A stretch of 63,691 nt of DNA, filler included, from Octopus bimaculoides (GCF_001194135.2; 6 parts of 6 records of this genome joined end to end with filler, not necessarily neighbours in it); one strand, 5' to 3'; counted from the first letter of the whole stretch, positions 35,915 to 49,557 are shown. The notes: generated by a model from the letters alone, not told the origin. Translations and numbers: made by a program.

Positions 35915-37780
35915 TATATATGTATATATACCGCAGTCAAATGACTGAAACAAGTAAAAGAGTAAAAGAATATTGCCTCCAACGTTCCAAGTATGATCTG
36001 CATAGTTAGTAGCAATGGTGGATTAAATTGCAAAGGTCGGAGATTTATAATGTATGAGACATTTGGATTCAAGTTCCTTGATAACACTTTCATTTGTAAT
36101 GTAATTTGAGTGCATTTAAGTTTTGAACGATGTTAATTTTGTCCCTTTAGGTGACGGGAACGACTGGGAACTGTCGAAATTTTTCTCTACTTATTGTAAT
36201 CAAGAAAATCCTAGCAAATGTATGACCCAACAGACTGAGAAATCCACAGTAATGGCTCCACTAGAATTCACGATGGGTTCAGAAGTACCATTGATATGGG
36301 GGTTTCTTCTCCTTATAGATCAAAGAAAAATCTGGGGGACCAGACAAGGTATTTTGTGATTTTTTCATTGAGAAGCACCTGCCTGGCGTATAACAACTGA
36401 CCTTCAAACTTCTCTAAACGCTAGCAGTTTTGGTCAACTACTAAACTAATTATTTCGATGCCAATTCCGTGTTGTTAGTGATCTAAATTAAAAACCTTCG
36501 ATCAAAATTTCACATTTTTGTTTTTGAAAACACCAACTTCACAACAATAAGCTTATTTTACTATATTTTTCATTATTTTCTAAACTAATTGAAACCACCC
36601 CCCCAAAAAAAAGCAGTATTCTAACAAAAATATGGTAACAAAAGAATTATGGTGTCTTCCTTATTCTCTTTCTACCCACTTCTTTCTTTTCTTACTCTGC
36701 TGCTATCAGCTGCTATCTACTGCCATACTTCCACCAGTTAACAAGTCCTGATTTCTACCAACAACTTCTTCGAACGCTTACACAAGGCATCAATACTATA
36801 CGGATCCACAAGGTGACTGTTGAATAGACGAGTGGCTATCGATGAAGGGCAAATAATACAGCGGTATAGTGTGGGTTTTGATCGTCCTGCGCAGCAGTCA
36901 ACTTGGCGGGCCCCCTTCTTGAAGCGCAACTTACTTTCGACTACATAAATATGCGTGTGTGGGTGCATGTATGTATATGTGTGTATATGTATGTGTGTGT
37001 ATATACATACATACACACGCACACTCATACTTGAACTAACATGAAGGAACGCAAATTCTCTATCTCATCAATAACACAGCAACACTATTGTTTGACTTGC
37101 CTGGATTTGGTAAACGTTCATATGCCGAATCACCGTGAATATTCCCAGTCCAGAATCTTTTGGTCTGTAGTCACTTCTCTATAAATATGTAATACGTGAC
37201 TTGATGTTTTACAACTACCTGTACATATATCTTATTCTATTATATCTACAATAGCTTGGCCTGTGTGGTGCCCGTTGCCAAGTCTTATCTCTACGGGTCT
37301 TGTACCATTTCACTTAACGTCGGATTTCAAGCGTTGGGCCTGAGCGCTTACCGTGTGTACTTATTATGTTACATCACACTAGTCATGAACGCATATCTGA
37401 TTGTTGGTCTTTTAGCAGCAGACGTCAGTGATGTTTGAATTTAGAGTCTAATGAGCCGAAACAAATACTGCTAGAAATTCCATCCGATACTCTAATAAAC
37501 ACTTACAAACATAAATACATATTTACATGCACACGTACCAACATATTACATGTCTACCTACCATCGCACATATTCGCATACATCCAGCCATTCATACATA
37601 GATACATATATATGTGAGTATCAGATTGGCTTGCCCATTTTCAGTCCACTGCAGGACGAGGGTCACAGCATGTTCTCTCCACCAACCACAGTCTGATGTG
37701 TAGGCCATGAATTTGAACTTGAGATCATATTGGCTTGATGAACCTACCCTGGCACACTGGTTCGACATGGGTTGGCAGAG

Positions 37781-37832
<52 letters not shown>

Positions 37833-38467
37833 NNNNNNNNNNNNNNNNNNNNNNNNNNNNNNNNNNNNNNNNNNNNNNNNNNNNNNNNNNNNNNNNNNNN
37901 NNNNNNNNNNNNNNNNNNNNNNNNNNNNNNNNNNNNNNNNNNNNNNNNNNNNNNNNNNNNNNNNNNNNNNNNNNNNNNNNNNNNNNNNNNNNNNNNNNNN
38001 NNNNNNNNNNNNNNNNNNNNNNNNNNNNNNNNNNNNNNNNNNNNNNNNNNNNNNNNNNNNNNNNNNNNNNNNNNNNNNNNNNNNNNNNNNNNNNNNNNNN
38101 NNNNNNNNNNNNNNNNNNNNNNNNNNNNNNNNNNNNNNNNNNNNNNNNNNNNNNNNNNNNNNNNNNNNNNNNNNNNNNNNNNNNNNNNNNNNNNNNNNNN
38201 NNNNNNNNNNNNNNNNNNNNNNNNNNNNNNNNNNNNNNNNNNNNNNNNNNNNNNNNNNNNNNNNNNNNNNNNNNNNNNNNNNNNNNNNNNNNNNNNNNNN
38301 NNNNNNNNNNNNNNNNNNNNNNNNNNNNNNNNNNNNNNNNNNNNNNNNNNNNNNNNNNNNNNNNNNNNNNNNNNNNNNNNNNNNNNNNNNNNNNNNNNNN
38401 NNNNNNNNNNNNNNNNNNNNNNNNNNNNNNNNNNNNNNNNNNNNNNNNNNNNNNNNNNNNNNNNNNN

Positions 38468-38520
<53 letters not shown>

Positions 38521-39156
38521 TATGTGTGTGTAATTACTGATACACACATATATGCATATACTCACATACATATGTATGTGTATATGTTTACATATAAATA
38601 TATGAGTATCTGTGCGCTTATGTGTATGTACAAATAAAGCTGTTTATTGCGATTATTTTGGGGGACAAAACTTATCTGGTAATAATAACGGCTTGATAAT
38701 ATAATACTAGATTATAAGTGATTTTCACTGCACACGGAGACGCATATGATAATATTTGCATACGCGTATGCATATACATAAATATTCATGTTTACGTATA
38801 AAAATAACATACATTGCATATGAATAAATATAAGTTAAATTTTGTATATAAATATGAATAGATGTGTTAGACATTCCTGCATAATCTCCATGGAATCATT
38901 CCTCAAACTTCTCGAATTTCCCTTTGTTTTCATTATTTATTTCCTTTCCATTTCCTTCATGCATTTACAACACCGACTTTCCGGACACAGATGGTCCAAA
39001 ATCTCTTATAATCCGCATTAAATTCATGAGCAGGAACTTCAAGTTTACACGGCCGCTAGACTAGTTTACTAGTATCTTGTACAGTACAGTATTAATAAAC
39101 TTACCGACATGTATTTCATTAAATTATTTAAGTAAATTTAATATTTCTTTAATCTA

Positions 39157-39356
39157 CAGGGTGTCCACAAAGTCTGGGTACATGGGGATTAACACATACT
39201 TTAAGAAATTATTATTTCTTATATTTAATTGTTTATGTTATGATTTTATTTACTCCATGTACCCACATGGGGATTAACACATATTTTAAGAAATTATTAT
39301 TTCTTATAATTAATTGTTTATGTTATGATTTTATTTACTCCATGTACCCAGACCTG
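39157..39356. mobile_element. Tc1-like MITE with an internal 85-bp tandem duplication and a partly deleted right TIR
   Basis: TA-CAGGGTGTCCACAAAGTCTGGGTACATGG ... CCATGTACCCAGACCTG-TA; unit 39180-39264 is repeated at 39265-39349. Confidence 0.75.
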
Positions 39357-39590
39357 TAGAGTGCGACCACTCCTGGTTTAGAAGAATCAGTAATCAGAAT
39401 GGCTTTGGAACAAAACATTCTAGAAAATTGATATTTGCTGGACAAAATGTTTGGCGGTAGTTCTTAGCGGTGTTCGTAGTTCAAATTCCGTTGAGGCTGA
39501 CTTTGCTTTTCATCTTAAATACAGTTAAGTACTGAGATCGATGTAATCGACTTGCACCCTACTCAAAAGTTTCAGAACTTGAATTTAGAC

Positions 39591-40182
39591 CAGTGTTTCC
39601 CAACCATCTTTTCTGGTGCCCCACATTTTAATAACAAAAAAAATCTAATGGCAATCAACACTGTTTTTTTGTTTTTTAATATATAAATACGATTTTTAAT
39701 TCAATTACCTGGCTGACAGATCATTCGGCTCATTTAGCGAGAACCCTGTGCCTGGTGCATACGGCACAGATCCTTGATTTGAGGAGACAATTTCGTTAAT
39801 TTCAGCCGTAAATCATGTTTTGTAATTTCATGCCGGTTTCTCTTGGCTTCTAGCAAATTGTCAACTGTACTGAATCTACATTCGACTAAATAAGATGAAG
39901 GAAAATGAATCAATAGTTCTCTATGACAATAGATGTTGAAACAGAGAGACAAACACCTAACAAATGCAGATCCCTCACTCAGTACGCTGATTGGTCGTAG
40001 CTGCATCGATTCCCATGATCTAAGTATAGATATTGCACAGCGATGTTTCTTTTTCATTTCAATGTCCTAAGATAGGGTTAGGGTCGACAAGTGTGCACTC
40101 AAGTCACTTGCAAAAATTTTCACATCCCACGTTAACGCATGCCCCACCCCAATTTTCCCACGCCCCACGCTGGGAAACACTG
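39591..40182 (-). mobile_element. Non-autonomous hAT (Buster/Charlie-like) element with transposase C-terminal remnant
   Basis: TIRs CAGTGTTTCCCA at both ends; exact 8-bp TSD ATTTAGAC (39583-39590, 40183-40190); ORF 39734..40057 has FPSSYLVECRFS...KRNR...DLRLKLT...HQAQGS. Confidence 0.9.
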
Positions 40183-40184
40183 AT

Positions 40185-42733
40185 TTAGACACAAGCATTT
40201 TTAAAGGGAAAGAATTAGTTGATTATGTCAAATCTAGTACTTGTCTGGCACTTTACCTTATCAAACCCGGATGGCAAGAAAATTGGTTTCAGCAGTACAT
40301 GAACTCAGAACTAAAAGGGTCGTGACTTAATTCCGGCAAGACATTTTCTCCGACGCTCTAACGAATCTGCAATTCGACCACCCTCTAATTTACTATTTTT
40401 AACATAAATAAGGCGGTGAGCTAGCAGAAACGTTAACACGCCGCCGGGCACAATGCGTAGCGGTATTTCGTCTGAGTTCAAATTCCGCTGAGGTCGACTT
40501 TGCCTTTCATCCTTTCGGGGTCGATAAATTAAGTACCAGTTACACACTGGGGTCGATGTAATTGACTTAATCCCTATGTCTGTCCTTGTTTGTCCCCTCT
40601 ATGTTTAACCCCTTCTGGGCAATAAAGAAATAAGAAACGTTAGCACGCCGGGCAAAATGCTTAGCGGTATTTCGTCTGTGTGTACGTTCTGAGTTCAAAT
40701 TCCACTGAGCTCAACTTTGCCTTTCATTTTTCGGGGTCGATAAAATCGGCTAGCCCCTCCTCCAAAATTTCGGGCCTTGTGCCTAGAGTTGAAAAGAATA
40801 TTTTTAACATAGGCACACGCCCTAAAATGTAGGAAATATATCGACTCTAGTACTTGACCAGTATGATATTTTTTTCTACCGGGACTGGATGAGAGGACAT
40901 GTGACCTCAGTGGGATTTGAACTCTGAACATAAAAGATCGGAATGAATAGTGCAGGGAAGCTTCCCCATACTTTAGAGATTCTGTATGCGTGTGATTGAA
41001 ACAGAATGTAACTAATTTTATGAGTTAGTCTATTAAATCAACTCTGGTACTTGACTGCTACTTTATTTTATAGATCCCTCGAGGGATGTAAGGCAAAGTC
41101 GATTTCGTCGGGATTTGAACTTAGAATGTTTAAGATCCAAAACGAATTACGCAAGACATTTCGATCAGAACTTTAATAATTCTGCAAATCCGTCATCCTC
41201 AGCAGTTGTGCAGGGAGGGACTTGGTAGATATCATTGACCGTGTTGCTTGGTTGTGTGTGTGTGTTGGTACTCCGTCGCTTACGACGTCGAGGGTTCCAG
41301 TTGATCCGATCAACGGAACAGCCTGCTCGTGAAATTAACGTGCAAGTGGCTGAGCACTCCACAGACACGTGTACCCTTAACGTAGTTCTCGGGGATATTC
41401 AACGTGACACAGTGTGACAAGGCTGACCCTTTGAATTACAGGCACAGCAGAAACAGGAAGTAAAAGTGAGAGAAAGTTGTGGTGGAAGAGTACAGCAGAG
41501 TTCGCCACCATCACTTGCCGGAGCCTTGTGGAGCTTTAGGTGTTTTTGCTCAATAAACACTCACAACACCCGGTCTGGGAATCGAAACCGCGATCCTATG
41601 ACCGNNNNNNNNNNCAACGGAACAGCCTGCTCGTGAAATTAACGTGCAAATGGCTGAGCACTCCACAGACATGTGTACCCTTAACGTAGTTCTCGGGAAT
41701 ATTCAGCATGACACAGAGTGTGACAAGGCTGACCCTTTGAATTACAGGCACAACAGAAACAGAAAGTAAGAGTGAGAGAAAGTTGTGGTGGAAGAGTACA
41801 GCAGAGTTCGCCACCATCCCCTGCCGGAGCCTTGTGGAGCTTTAGGTGTTTTTGCTCAATAAACACTCACAACACCCGGTCTGGGAATCGAAACCGCGAT
41901 CCTATGACCGCGAGTCCGCTGCCCTAACCACTAGGCTATTGCGCCTCCACTCTCAATAATAATCTAGGCACAATGTTAGAGATTTTGAGGGGGAAGGTTA
42001 GTCGATTGCATCGACTCCAGTATTAGGCAGGTACTTTATTTTATCGCCCCCTAGATGGATGACAAAGTTGACCTACTTGAGATTTGAACTCAAAGCGTAA
42101 AAAAAAAAAANNNNNNNNNNGTGAGATTTGAATTCAGAACTTAAAGGATCAGAATAAATACGATGAAACAGCTTTCTTGACCCGTTAACGACTCTGCAAA
42201 TCTACCCTTTCGTCTAATGATAACATTATTGATTTAAAATTTTGACATAAGGCCAGCATGAGGGGTCAGTCGATTATATCGACCACCAGTGTTCAACTAG
42301 TACTTATTTTATTGACCCCGAAATGGATGAAAGTGTAGCAGACCTCGGCAGAACTTGAACTTAGAGCATAAAGATGGACGAAATACCGCTAAGCATCTTG
42401 CTCGGTGCGATAGCGATTCTGCCAAATCGCTGTCTCAAGCTTGATGATAATATTATCTAATGATAAGGCAGCGAGCTGGCAGAAACGTTAACACGTCGTA
42501 CGATAATGCTTAGCGGTATTTCGTCTGCCGTTACGTTCTGAGTTCAAATTCCGCCGAGGTCGACTTTGCCATTCATCCTTTCAGGGTCGATTAAATAAGT
42601 ACCAGTTGCGCACTGAGGTCGATATAATCGACTGGCCCCTCCCCAAAGATTTCGGGCCTTGTGTCTAGAGTATTAAAGAATATTATTTAATGATAACAAG
42701 GCGGCGAGCTGGCCGAATCGTTAGCACGCTGGG
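40185..42733. mobile_element. Dense cluster of SINE family B copies in both orientations
   Basis: Recognisable copies at about 40185-40385(-), 40410-40630(+), 40633-40797(+), 41005-41200(-), 41960-42200(-), 42240-42440(-), 42465-42680(+), 42700-42733(+). Confidence 0.8.
41236..41949 (-). mobile_element. tRNA-derived SINE, here called family C; body present twice across a 10-N gap (41605-41614)
   Basis: Reverse complement matches 45980-46360. Confidence 0.8.
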
Positions 42734-43021
42734 NNNNNNNNNNNNNNNNNNNNNNNNNNNNNNNNNNNNNNNNNNNNNNNNNNNNNNNNNNNNNNNNNNN
42801 NNNNNNNNNNNNNNNNNNNNNNNNNNNNNNNNNNNNNNNNNNNNNNNNNNNNNNNNNNNNNNNNNNNNNNNNNNNNNNNNNNNNNNNNNNNNNNNNNNNN
42901 NNNNNNNNNNNNNNNNNNNNNNNNNNNNNNNNNNNNNNNNNNNNNNNNNNNNNNNNNNNNNNNNNNNNNNNNNNNNNNNNNNNNNNNNNNNNNNNNNNNN
43001 NNNNNNNNNNNNNNNNNNNNN

Positions 43022-45336
43022 AAAAAAATTTGGATGAGATCTTTTTATTGATTCTGTTTTTATTTATTTATTTATTTTTTTGGTCTATTTTCAAATCTGT
43101 AATCGGTTTTGTTATTCATGCTCTAGTTCTTTTGCAATTTGAAGATTAACTGTTTATACATTTATACTGAGATACAGATATCCTACTTACAAAGAATTGA
43201 TAACTGTGGGTTTTTTTCCAGATCATGGCTTCTTCAAGTAGACGTAGATGCGTGAATAATCCTGATGGTCTCTGGCTGATGGCTTCCTTCACACCTATTG
43301 GTCAAAGGCGCAATATCACAGTGTTTGTGAGACGGGTTTATAAAGCCTATTTTGGAATTCCCCTAGGTGATGTGTGTCATAACTGTAAGGGAGTGCTTTG
43401 TGGACAAAAGGAAAACGAAAGGGCCTGCCATTTGGAGTTCCTATGGTTTGACGAGAGCCCAGAAGCCGCACAGGTGACATAAAAAAAGTATCGGCAAGAA
43501 AAATAGGCGTAAAATATCTTATCCCAATATTCCTTTAGCAATTAGACTTATTATACTCTCTGAGATGCTCTCGATTCCAGTTTTCCTTGGGTTTACCTCT
43601 TCTGAAGATGAAGCTAGCAAACAAGAGTACGAGGATGATAACGAAGATCAAGAAATTACTTCATAATTCCAAGACCCTCTTATGGTGCCGAAAAATCAAT
43701 TCCTCAACAGTTTAGCCAAACAGAACTGAACGATTTAGTGTGTGATTTGGGGTGATTTGGGACTCTCCAAAGACTGCAGCTGCAGTTTTAGCATCCAGGC
43801 TGCAAGAAAAACATCTCCTTGACAAGCTACAAAGTTTATTATTTGCGAAAACGCGACCAGATTTTTGTGTCATTTTTTTTCTTTTTCAAAGAAACCTTTT
43901 GTTTACTGCCACAATATTCTTAGTCTTCTCCAGGAACTAGGAATTCCCTCGTACAGTTCAACTGACTGGCAACTATTTGTGGATTATTTTAAACGCTGCC
44001 TAAAGTGTGTTCTCCCATGCAATGGTAATGTTTATGGGACTGTCCCAGTTAGTCACTCAGTGCACTTGTAAAAAGAATACAGTGACATAAAAATGGTTAT
44101 TGACCAACTAAAATATCATGAGTACAACTGGACCAATTATGTAGATTTGAAATGGTCAGCTTCCTTCTCGGACAACAGATAAGTTTCACAAAGTATTCTT
44201 GCTATCTTTGCATGTGGGACAGCCGAGCTTAAACACTGGATTCAGAAGAAGTAACCCATTCGTGAGACTCTAGAAGCAGGCATACCAAATTTGGTGAATG
44301 ATCCAATTGTCAGCCGGGGAAAGATTATTTTCCCACCCCTCCATTTAAAGCTGGGCTTTATGAAGTAATTCACTAAGGCATTGAATACTGATGGTGAATG
44401 TTTTCAGCATATGGTCTCTGCATTTCTTGGTTTGTCATTCGGGAAGATCAAAGCAAGTGTGTTTGACAGACCTCAGACCTTGTACGTCATGAGGAATTTG
44501 TCGGAAAGACGAATGACAAAGAAAGAGCAGCATGGCTGTCATTCGTAGCAGTCATGAAAATTTTTTCCTGGGAACAGAAAAGCAGATGACCATGAAATTC
44601 TTGTAAATAATTTACTGTCAGCTTTCCATAATCTTAAGTGTAACATGAGCGTTAAACCCTATTCCCTCCAAAGTCAGCTCGGTCAATTCCCTGACAACTT
44701 TGGAAATGTAAGTGATGAACAAGGCGAGCGCTTTCACCAAGATCTCAAAACCATAGAGGAGCGTTATCAAGGGCGAAGGGACAAAAACATGATAGCAGAC
44801 TGCTGGTGGAGCATTAAACAAGATTTCCATGAGAAAGTCTAATAACGCAAGAACTTCAAGCGCAAATTTTTGGCTGAATAAAATCTATTTATGTTTTATC
44901 TCCCATTCAAATAAATTTCTCAACTATGAATACCTATCATTTGTATACGATATATATTTTCAACTGAAAAGCAGATGGCGAAAACAACTGGCGCATGATA
45001 ACATTTATTTTTACTCAGTATCGGAATAAGAAATGTTATTTTTATAGCCTAATTCTTATTGTAGTGTATATATATGAATACAGTTAGAATCTCAATACAT
45101 AGATATTGGTTCTTTTCCACCTAGTTTGAAGATAGTATAAGAAGAAAATTATCATAAGGCTTACATCATATCTCGAGAAATATTCGAAATTCGTAAAATA
45201 TATCTAAAAAATCGTAATTGCAAAAAAATCTAGAGCTTACAGAGAAAAAACTAACTTCATATTTGAATCCAGCATTTGCAAATTAGGTAATAGCAATAGT
45301 TGGTATCAATGCAACCAAAATGTTTTTTGACCAGGG
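43022..45336 (+). mobile_element. Near full-length decayed DNA transposon, CMC/Chapaev3-like
   Basis: Fragments in order: MASSSRRRCVNNPD..AYFGIPLGD..VCHNC; LASRLQEKHLL; WQLFVD..KCVL..NGN; VDLK; FPPLHLKLGFMK; VSDEQGERFHQDLKTIEERYQGR. 3' end TTTTTTGACCAGGG followed by TAA; 5' TIR start hidden in the gap. Family assignment is from memory of these motifs. Confidence 0.7.
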
Positions 45337-45351
45337 TAATAAGACCAGGTA

Positions 45352-45545
45352 AGGTGGCGTTCTGGCAGAATCTTTAGCAAGCCAGGAAAAAATGTTTCGT
45401 TCGTTTTTACGCTCTGAGTTCAAATTCCGCCGAGGTCATTTTTGCCTTTCACCCTTTTCGGGTCGATAAAATAAATACCAGCTGAGCACTGGGGTTGATG
45501 TAATCGACTTATTCCCTTCACCGAAATTGCTGGACTTTGAAACCA
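45352..45545 (+). mobile_element. SINE family B, diverged copy
   Basis: Matches 22520-22722. Confidence 0.72.
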
Positions 45546-45979
45546 ATAATAAGTCCTGGCATGAGAATTTACGACCACAAAATACACAAGACAGAACTCA
45601 TATAAAAAGAAAAAAAAATTACTATTATACAACACTGACTCCATTAGTGGACATTTCCAGGTCGATATTTCTTGTACTTTGTACTGATTTTTTCTTTTCT
45701 TTTCTTTGTTTTTTTTTTCGTGATCGATTTGATTTAAAGAACTATGAATAAATCTAAATAAAAGACAGTTCCATATATTTAGCTGGAATGTCTAGCGATA
45801 TTTGAAACGAATAAAAGTGATGTATATGTATCAACATTTTCAATCATTAGTAGTGTCTTGAGCATGATGAGAAAATGATTAATCAAATGTGTAAAGAATT
45901 CCAGAATTCGACAGAGTTTCATAAAAAAACAAAACAACTCAGGAAGAATGTCTGCAAGATATATATATATTTGAAAGGT

Positions 45980-46360
45980 GGAGGCGCAATGGCCCGGTGG
46001 TTAAGGCAGCGGACTCGCAACCGTAAGATCGCGGTTTCGATTCCAAGACAGGTCGCTGTGAGTGTTTATTGAGCGAAAACACCTAAGCTCCACGAGGCTC
46101 CGGCAGGGAGTGGTGGTGACCCCTGTTGTACTCTTTCACCACAATTCTCTCTCACTCTTTCTTCCTTTTTCTGTTGTACCTGTATTTCAAAGGGTTAGCC
46201 TTGTCACACTCTGTGTCACGCTGAATCTCTCCGAGAACTACGTTAAGGGTACACGTGTCTGTGGAGTGCTCAGCCACTTGCACGTTAATTTCACGAGCAA
46301 GCTGTTTCGTTGATCGGATCAACTGGAGCCCTCGTCGTAACCGACGGAGTGCCAACCAAC
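45980..46360 (+). mobile_element. SINE family C, full length (~380 bp)
   Basis: tRNA-like head GGAGGCGCAATGGCCCGGTGGTTAAGGCAGCGGACTCG...GGTTTCGATTCC; same body as 41236-41949. Confidence 0.82.
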
Positions 46361-46599
46361 CATATATTTGATGGAATCTCCAGTCGAAGGCGACGTATGA
46401 GAGTTCAGTTTTTGCTGATCGACCTGCACAAATGATTTTTTTATAGTGATTAAATATATGTGCCGCTCATTAGTTCACTCTCTCCATCAAATCGACGTTG
46501 TCTGATCAGGTGCACGGTGTGCCACACGAGAGGTGACGAAGTGATCACAGAGAAACGATTTATATTGAATGAATTAAATTTTAAAACCACTTTATAAAT

Positions 46600-46941
46600 G
46601 CTGAGACCCCCTTCGGTCATGACTGACCATGGGATTGCACCTAGAAAGTTACCCTCCCAGGCACAAGTCCGGGCAAGGTTGTTTATGGAAGACCAGCAGT
46701 CGCCCATGCATACCGGTCTCCCTTCCCCACGCCACTAGTGTTATCCAAGGGAAAGGCAAAGGGGCCGATACAGCTTGGCACCTGTGACGTCGCAACTCAT
46801 TTCTACAACTGAGTAAACTGGAGTGACAGGACATAAAGTATCTTGCTTAAGAACACAACACGCAGCCCGGTCCGGGATTCGAACTCAATACCTCACGATC
46901 GTAAGCTCGACACTCTAACCACTGAGCCATCGCCTTCACAT
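46600..46941 (-). mobile_element. tRNA-derived SINE, here called family D (CORE-like central region)
   Basis: Minus-strand head TGGCTCAGTGGTTAGAG...GAGTTCGAATCCC; flanked by TTTATAAAT (46591-46599, 46942-46950), a possible TSD. Confidence 0.72.
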
Positions 46942-47479
46942 TTTATAAATATGCATTGTTATAAAGCAGGTTTTATCACAATGTGACACAATAATACATA
47001 CTTGTTTAAATGAGTTAATTTTAAAGAGCATGTAATTTTCTTCGTAAGGTTACCGCTTCTGACCCTGCAAAGTACTTAGGACTGTTAGATCTTGTACGAG
47101 TATTATGTAGGGTACTGTCAATACAATAGGGTTTATAGACCCCAACAAAGCGCTGAACGTACTCAGAGCCTAGAAAACGGCGCTTGACAGCTCAGGATAA
47201 TACGCAATAAAAACAAGGCAACTAAATGATAATTTTGAGGAGAGATTTTGGCACAAGGCCAGTAATCTTTTAGGGGATGGGTGTAAACGATTACACCCCA
47301 GGGTTCAGCTGGTACTTATTTTATCGATCCCGAGAGGATGAAAGGCAAAGTCTACCTCAGCAGAATTTTAACTCAGAAGACTACTGAATAATAAGAATAA
47401 TGATGGTCGCTCCCGTCGATTTCGACATATGAGTGTCAATAATAATAATAATAATAATAATTATAATAATCCTTTCCAT

Positions 47480-47768
47480 TATTGGCACAAGGCCTGGAAT
47501 TTGTGGAGAGGGGAGATAGTCGATTACATCAACCCCAGCACCTGATTGCTACTTAATTTATCGACCCCAAAATGATGGCTGGCCANNNNNNNNNNGAGAT
47601 AGTCGATTACATCAACCCCAGCACCTGATTGCTACTTAATTTATCGACCCCAAAATGATGGCTGGCCAAGTCGACCTCGGCGGAATTTGAACTCAGAACG
47701 TAGCGACGGACGAAATGCCGCTAAGCATTTCGCCCGGGGTGCTAACGATTCTGCCAGATCGCCGCTTT
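47480..47768 (-). mobile_element. SINE family B with contig-overlap duplication across a 10-N gap
   Basis: Reverse complement matches family B; GAGATAGTCGATTAC...GGCTGGCCA occurs on both sides of 47586-47595. Confidence 0.75.
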
Positions 47769-49114
47769 TAAAAGATATTTACAGTACTTTTGTTTCTCAA
47801 GTCCACTGCCCTAACCACTGGGCCATTGCACCTCCACTTATGTTAAAATACTTCCCTAGAATTAATTGCATTTCCTCCTGTCTTGTTTTTGTTTGTTTTG
47901 TTTTTTATTTTTGGCGTGGGGTTGTGTTTCCTCGATAGCCTGAGCCAAAGTCTTGCTAAAGTTGTGGCCCTTCAATGTTGCTATCACTTCTGGCCCATTG
48001 GCTGCAGCGGCGACGTCATATTTGGTGATAAAAATACAATTATATTTTCATGTGAGTTACCAAGCGCTGTTGTGTTACGCAAACCATTATCCAAATTAAT
48101 TAAATTTCGAAACCTAAATTTATGTTTAATAATTTCCGGAGAGTCTCATGTCAGAAAAAATTCTGGAACCAATCTTCAAAGAAAGATTTGTAGCGCAAGG
48201 TACTTTTTTCTCTCTTTTCTTTCTTTTAGTTTTGTTAAAGTTGAATTTCCAGTGAATTTGCTGGGAATACTTGCAGAACTAAGAACACTTGAGTTTTTTT
48301 CTTCAGCTGGATAATTAATATGACTTTTAATTTTAAATCACCAGCAGCATTTCTACCTTATAAAACACACTTTAGACCCATGTCACAGCTTTTCTTTCTT
48401 CTCCAAGTGTTAGAGTTCGGCATGCTATTCCCAACCAATCCCTTTTCGTCAATATTTATAGTTTGTTCATTACATAATCTCTATCTTCTCAATTCGACAT
48501 AATATCTGGCCGCTATAGTGTCGTCTGCTTTTGCGCTTTCCCGTATAACACTAACAATGGAGATTACAATGTTTTCTAAACGTGATGAACCACTGACAAT
48601 TTTCAGAGACGTTTCGTCTGTTTTATCTTTTCCCTTCTACTTGTTTCAGCCATTGGACTGCGGTCATTCTGGGGCATTTGGTTGCAAACAGAGCTTCTTA
48701 ATCGCACAGCCATGTCTGCGTTCAGCTCAGTTATTTTTTCCTTTTGCAAAGAGCCTGATGGCTATATTACTTACTTAAAGGAATGAGCTTCTCATTGCAA
48801 TATATAACCAAACATGGCAAATCACGTCACACTTCAATCATCGCAGATGTTTCTCTCTATTGTTCGCAAATCCAATGATAGAGCAGTTCTTTTTTTTTGT
48901 TTCATCCCCGTTCTTTCTGAAAGTACGAACTCTGAATCTGTTACACGAGGTTCACAAGATGATAACGTTGAATTTTACCTATTTTAGCTTTAGTAACTCA
49001 ACTTTCATGCTTGCTAATCATTGCTTTTTCTTTCTTCCTCCAAACCTATAATTTTCCTCTTCTTAATACTTTACCCATTTGTATGACAGCACTCGTTTAA
49101 AAGTAATGTTTTCT

Positions 49115-49129
49115 ATCTACCTACCTACA

Positions 49130-49195
<66 letters not shown>

Positions 49196-49196
49196 A

Positions 49197-49227
<31 letters not shown>

Positions 49228-49385
49228 ACTAACTAACTAATTAATTAACTATAACTGTTTGTCTATTTGTCTATCGATCTAGTTACATTTTTAATCTAGC
49301 TAACTACCTATCGATCTACATGTATGTGTGTGCGTGTGCATGTATATATATGCATGTATAGGTATATAAATGTATATAGATAGAG

Positions 49386-49416
<31 letters not shown>

Positions 49417-49491
49417 GAGATAGATAGATGTGTCTATGTATACGTATATACAATCGTATAGGCATATATGTACATACACACTTATATATGT

Positions 49492-49556
<65 letters not shown>
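49115..49556. repeat. (TCTA)n, (GATA)n and (CA)n microsatellite cluster
   Basis: Directly visible. Confidence 0.9.

Positions 49557-49557
<1 letters not shown>

Noticed and set aside
41236-41949. Apparent tandem SINE-C dimer; similar duplications at 16405-16514, 47515-47665 and 58450-58630
   Set aside because: Each duplication straddles a 10-N gap, as expected from unmerged contig overlaps or haplotypes.
45980-46050. tRNA-like sequence (also heads at 41880-41949, 46870-46938 and family A/B heads)
   Set aside because: No complete cloverleaf or acceptor stem; each continues into a multi-copy SINE body.
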